Source: Adineta vaga (taxonomy: Eukaryota > Animalia > Rotifera). Taken from it: a stretch of DNA of 64,000 nucleotides. The position numbers and the translations under genes were made by a program. The stretch spans positions 13,082,001 through 13,146,000 of the forward strand of contig CP075492.1 in the NCBI GenBank assembly GCA_021613535.1, written 5' to 3'. Under the pieces are notes generated by a model. That model did not search any database. It saw only the letters and a list, made by a program, of their open reading frames with translations, and was not told where the DNA came from. Position 1 is the first letter of the stretch. The number at the start of each line of letters is the position of its first letter. Below are positions 59,742-64,000 of this stretch, in pieces.

Positions 59742-60406
59742 TATTATCAAACCCGTATTGAAAAACAAGAACTATTCATGACAAAAATAAGTGTCGTAAG
59801 TTACTGGCTTTCGATGTTTCCTAATTTTATCAATAACGATTGTACATTTGCATTTTCCATTGTTTCGAAAAATAACAGTTCATACTAGAGACATACATGA
59901 CCATTACTTACGTACACAACTTGTACGAGAATCATTCAAAGAGAAAAATTAGTATATGAGAAATCACAATCCATCGGCGAAACAAGTAATGAAAGTTTTA
60001 TTAATATAAGAATTTTTTATGAGAAAAGCGTTTGAAATGCAAATCTTTTATCTAATTTTCCGGACATGAAAATAAATTTCATATTTCTGAATTCATAAGC
60101 TACATGCTTAATTAAACAAGTAATTGTATCAACAAAAGGAACTCATAATCGATAAACTAAACCAGAAGTGACATGGTTTTTCCGAAAACTAACACATGAA
60201 TGACTTCGGTATTTATCATAACTTTGAATACAAGGGGCGCAGATATAAGTTGCTTTGAAAACATTCAAAAAATATACGTATATGGTACGATTTTCAAATT
60301 TCTTATTTCTTATAAAATATTATCCATCAAGGTTAAATAATTTAATTGCCAAAGAAAAGAATACAATAAAACATTAATTGCTATATTTTCGATATGAAAC
60401 AGTCAT

Positions 60407-60826
60407 TTACCAATTCTGTAATGCTACACCGTGACCATCGGGAAAAGAATCAGTTAATACCCTTATCCAGTCAACTAAAGCCCAGATGCCAAAACCACCA
60501 AATGTCAATAATTTAAACACACCTGCTACAATATACCCTGCGTTACCAGCCGATAAATAAAACCAATCAGCTCCGACAGCTCCAAGCAATAACGAAAGAA
60601 GAAATGCAACGAGTTTCTCTTTCTGTTTGTACGCACATGGTTTGTTAGATTCAACAGTAACATAACCAGCTGTCGTACAATTACATGTACTTGTTGCTAC
60701 AGCACATATTCCATTTGAACCACAATCACTATTTGATACACATGATGTTGTAGCAAGAGAGAATGACGGTGTGAAAGAAATTGTACAGAATAGAAAAGTA
60801 AAACAAAGAAAATATGTTGTAACCAT
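60407..60826 (-). CDS. TM2 domain protein with signal peptide and EGF-like Cys module, intronless
   Basis: CVSNSDCGSNGICAVATSTCNC; TM2 motif KEKLVAFLLSLLLGAVGADWFYL...KLLTFGGFGIWALVDWIRVL. Confidence 0.88.
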   Translation of the reverse strand: MVTTYFLCFTFLFCTISFTPSFSLATTSCVSNSDCGSNGICAVATSTCNCTTAGYVTVESNKPCAYKQKEKLVAFLLSLLLGAVGADWFYLSAGNAGYIVAGVFKLLTFGGFGIWALVDWIRVLTDSFPDGHGVALQNW

Positions 60827-61229
60827 CTTAGTAAAGTTTTTGAATTAAAAAATGACAATGAAAACCAGTATATTTATACGCAACAAGTTGGAATTTTTGA
60901 CGTCATTCTTTCCTACTTTATTTAAATAGAATTTTTTCTTCCGTCTTTAATGTTAGTACGAATGAGTAATTCGTTGCTTATCAACTATTGTGTGTTTGAC
61001 TTTATGAAATGATATATATTATTACTTAGATCAATAGAGACTTAACAGATGACAGTAATAAAAAAGTCGATCGATGTGAAAAAACCTACTTCGATTCTGA
61101 TTCAGTATTTATTTTAAACTTGAGTCATAAACTTGAAAAAACCGAGTTTGAGTTCTTAAGGAAATAAAGAGAGAGAGAGAGAGAGAGAAGAAACTTATTT
61201 TATGTAGGATGATTATGATTTCTCCTCTA

Positions 61230-61301
61230 TGGTAGACCTTCGTTCATTGGATGCGTGTGTTAGTAAATGCTTTTCCCGATGGTAAATATGTGGCATTATA
61301 G
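61230..61301 (+). pseudogene. Decayed C-terminal fragment of a TM2-domain paralog, inverted relative to the intact gene
   Basis: Reads W*TFVHWMRVLVNAFPDGKYVAL*, compared with IWALVDWIRVLTDSFPDGHGVALQ in the neighbouring gene. Confidence 0.65.
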
Positions 61302-62859
61302 GTTTCGCAAATGATAAGAATAATTAAATATGCGTTTTATAGTTGTTATTTGATCATTAGTATTTATTGTGATTTTCTTGAATAATGTTCAATTGTGATT
61401 CCATACAAGATTAGGAGGATCACCAAATATTCAGTGTGTTCTCGTTCAAAGAAGTCGGATTGACTGACAGGTTCATCTTACTCTCTACTTAGTAGATCAA
61501 TAGATTTGAACAAAACATATAATGAGTATACTGGAGTTTTGCGGTCGAAAGTTTGCTATTAATATTTCTCAAATTTTATAGCTACTCTATACATTAAACA
61601 ACATATGGCTAAATGATATAGTTCTTCAGCAAAAGTACGATTAACATTCAATACGAGAAAGTTGTAATTGAACAAATCGAAGTATTTGAAGTAGACAAAA
61701 GTGAGAAATTTGAAGATCGATCGGCAAGAATTGTAAATCATTCTTTCATATTGAATATTTAGGCTGTTTACCATGATCATCATCTCGAAAAGTGTCAAGA
61801 CGTATATATCTAGCAGATCGATACTGATGCCATTGATTTTGACGACGATAAAATACTCTTAATGCATCATGGCATACAGCAAACAATTTAGGACTAACTG
61901 GGCTTATTGTTTTGAAATGTAAAATATTTTCTCTTGGACAGTCATAAATTCACTGCTTAAAAATGGCTATGTTGACACAACTCCTAAAGTAGTACGTGTC
62001 TCTCTATCTCCATGATCACATTCATAAGTGATCATACAGCTAAGAATCGATGGACATTGCTTTTGCGTCGTTTAATAAGTACAATATATAGCTTATAGCA
62101 TCATTTAGCGTTCTTCTATGAAACAATAGTAACGTCTTTCGTTCTGTCATTGATTCTATGAAATATAATAAATAGAACAAAACATAGACAATCAATGAAT
62201 GATGGGGCGACCATTGGTTCTTGGATCTCTATCCAACGGATGATTAGCAATACAACGGCATGGAAACAAATCTTGTGCAAAGTTGACAGACGTATTTATT
62301 TCATGAAGAAGGCAGAACTAAATATATAGATCAGAATTGCAAAAGAGTGCTCTGACTATGAATCTTTCTCTCTTTTTTCTATTGAATTTCTAGTATTTGA
62401 ATACTTGGATTTGAATTAAGTATGATTTATTCTGTGACTACTCATAATGATCGAAAAACGTTTGTTTTTGTTTGACAAAAACACTAAAATTCTTTCGTTC
62501 TTATTATCGAAAATAAACTTCGATAACAAAAAAATGCAAAATGTGCACAACAATAGTAGCTTAAAGAAAGCGAACGATTGTTAAAAATAAGAATCATATT
62601 TCAAAATTGTTCCACTCAACGACAGAGGACGCTTCCTTGATTAATCCAAATCTTTTCTTTTTTGAAGTTTTCTTTTTATTAAAACCGAATTCTTCTTATC
62701 ATATGGATCTATAATTTTATTTATTTAATCATCATCAAATCTAGTAGTAGTCTGGCAGAGTTTCAAAGAAAAAAACAAAACAAACTTGATTTCGATTTGT
62801 CAGCACAATCTTTTGTGATTGTCTGTCTATAATTTAGATTTGCACATATATTTTCCATA

Positions 62860-64000
62860 ATGCAGAGTAGACTTTCAAAAACACATAATTCTACAACTTC
62901 ATTTTCCAATCAACCGAAAGATGCTCAACGATCCAAATTTCGATCAACAATTCTTCCTCCTATGTAAGTTCATTTTCATCATTGGAACTTTTAGTTTTCA
63001 TTCGAATATAATTTCGTTAAGAAATGATACAACATCTTCGATGGGAAATCTTATGTATGATCGTCGTATTGTTCGTGGAAATACCTACGCTGTGCATACA
63101 CTTCCAACAGTAGATTTTTTAAGACTTTCATTTCAATTATTTGTTTACTTTTTGAATAGTTACCTCCAATAAATTTAATTACAATTCAACGTCAACAAGA
63201 AGCACGTCGACGTGTTCAAGCAAGACGAAAAGCTCGACAATTCTTTCGAACAATAACACCTGAGCCTGTTTCTGATCGTAAACATATGAATGTTCAAACT
63301 GAACTTTATCTTGAAGAGCTCACGTGAGTTGTTGTTGTTGTTGTTGTTTTGTTTCAAAGTCATACATCTATAGACATGAGCGAATCTTACTCGGAAATTA
63401 TTTTGAGTTATTAGATGTCTATGTTATTTCTCTTGAGTACTTATTTAGTAACATTTAAATATAATTATGAACTTCATTTCCTTTAATTATATTAATGCTT
63501 TTTTTTAAAATATGATTTGATTATTATGTATTAAAAATAATTTTCAATTTTAGTGATCGAGTTGAAGAAGCAGATGTTTATATTCAAACAGATAGATTTC
63601 TTGATCGACCTTCAACACCATTATATATTCCACAATCTGTAGGTAGAGATACTGCGACACAAATTCAAATTGGTGATGTAAATATTGACATTTTTGTTTT
63701 CTCTTCAATTGATTTAATTGAATATCGTTACAGTTATTCTCTTTTGATGTGGACGTCAAACCTATTGCTGAAGTTCTCGTTGGTAGAACTACTGAACAAG
63801 CTTTAGTTGAGGTTGCTGAAGAAGAAGAAATCCGAAGAATTCATGATCAACAACGAGCTTTTGAAGAATTTCGTAATGCAGAATTAATTGAATTGCAACG
63901 TTTCGAAGAGCAAGAAAGACGTTTACGTGCTGAGAAAGATCGTCGTATACAACAAGCAGAAGAAGTATATCAATTAGAACGTGAAGTTCAAGAGAAAATT
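62860..64000 (+). CDS. RSPH3: Radial spoke head protein 3 homolog (3' truncated by window edge)
   Basis: MGNLMYDRRIVRGNTYA, RKHMNVQTELYLEEL, QTDRFLDRPSTPLYIP, LFSFDVDVKPIAEVLVGRTTEQALVEVAEEEE. Splice phase implies a 7-nt first coding exon at 62860-62866. Confidence 0.9.

Overview
This is AT-rich, gene-dense eukaryotic DNA with many short (about 45-70 nt) GT-AG introns. Conserved metazoan genes (DDAH, RABGAP1, Fas2/NCAM-like, ATP8B-type flippase, NF1, TIM22, calmodulin-like, DNAJB6-like, FBXO42-like, GABARAP, a class A GPCR, RSPH3, tRNA-Cys) are interleaved with genes that look fungal, bacterial or plant-like (MFS transporter, multicopper oxidase, PaaI thioesterase, GPR1/FUN34/SatP, a secreted beta-helix protein, F-box-GRDP). 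That combination suggests a bdelloid rotifer, which is an inference. The most striking feature is the DNAJB6-like locus (47538-50638, minus strand). Its J-domain can be completed by either of two mutually exclusive exons: the canonical one ([11 protein letters not shown]...) or a 1547-nt terminal exon ([11 protein letters not shown]...) encoding a polyQ/polyP/polyH tail. An 18/19-nt complementary pair (50249-50267 and 48640-48658) brackets the long exon and could loop it out as an RNA duplex. Other highlights: a spliced antisense gene nested in an NF1 intron; operon-like gene pairs with splice acceptors just before the downstream ATG; GPI versus transmembrane tails in the Fas2/NCAM gene; an EF-hand protein fused to a bacterial/phage-like domain; an ATG8 ending directly in Gly; a DDAH lacking Cys at the catalytic position; and two decayed gene fragments. 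Exon coordinates were read by eye and family assignments come from motif recognition, not database searches.
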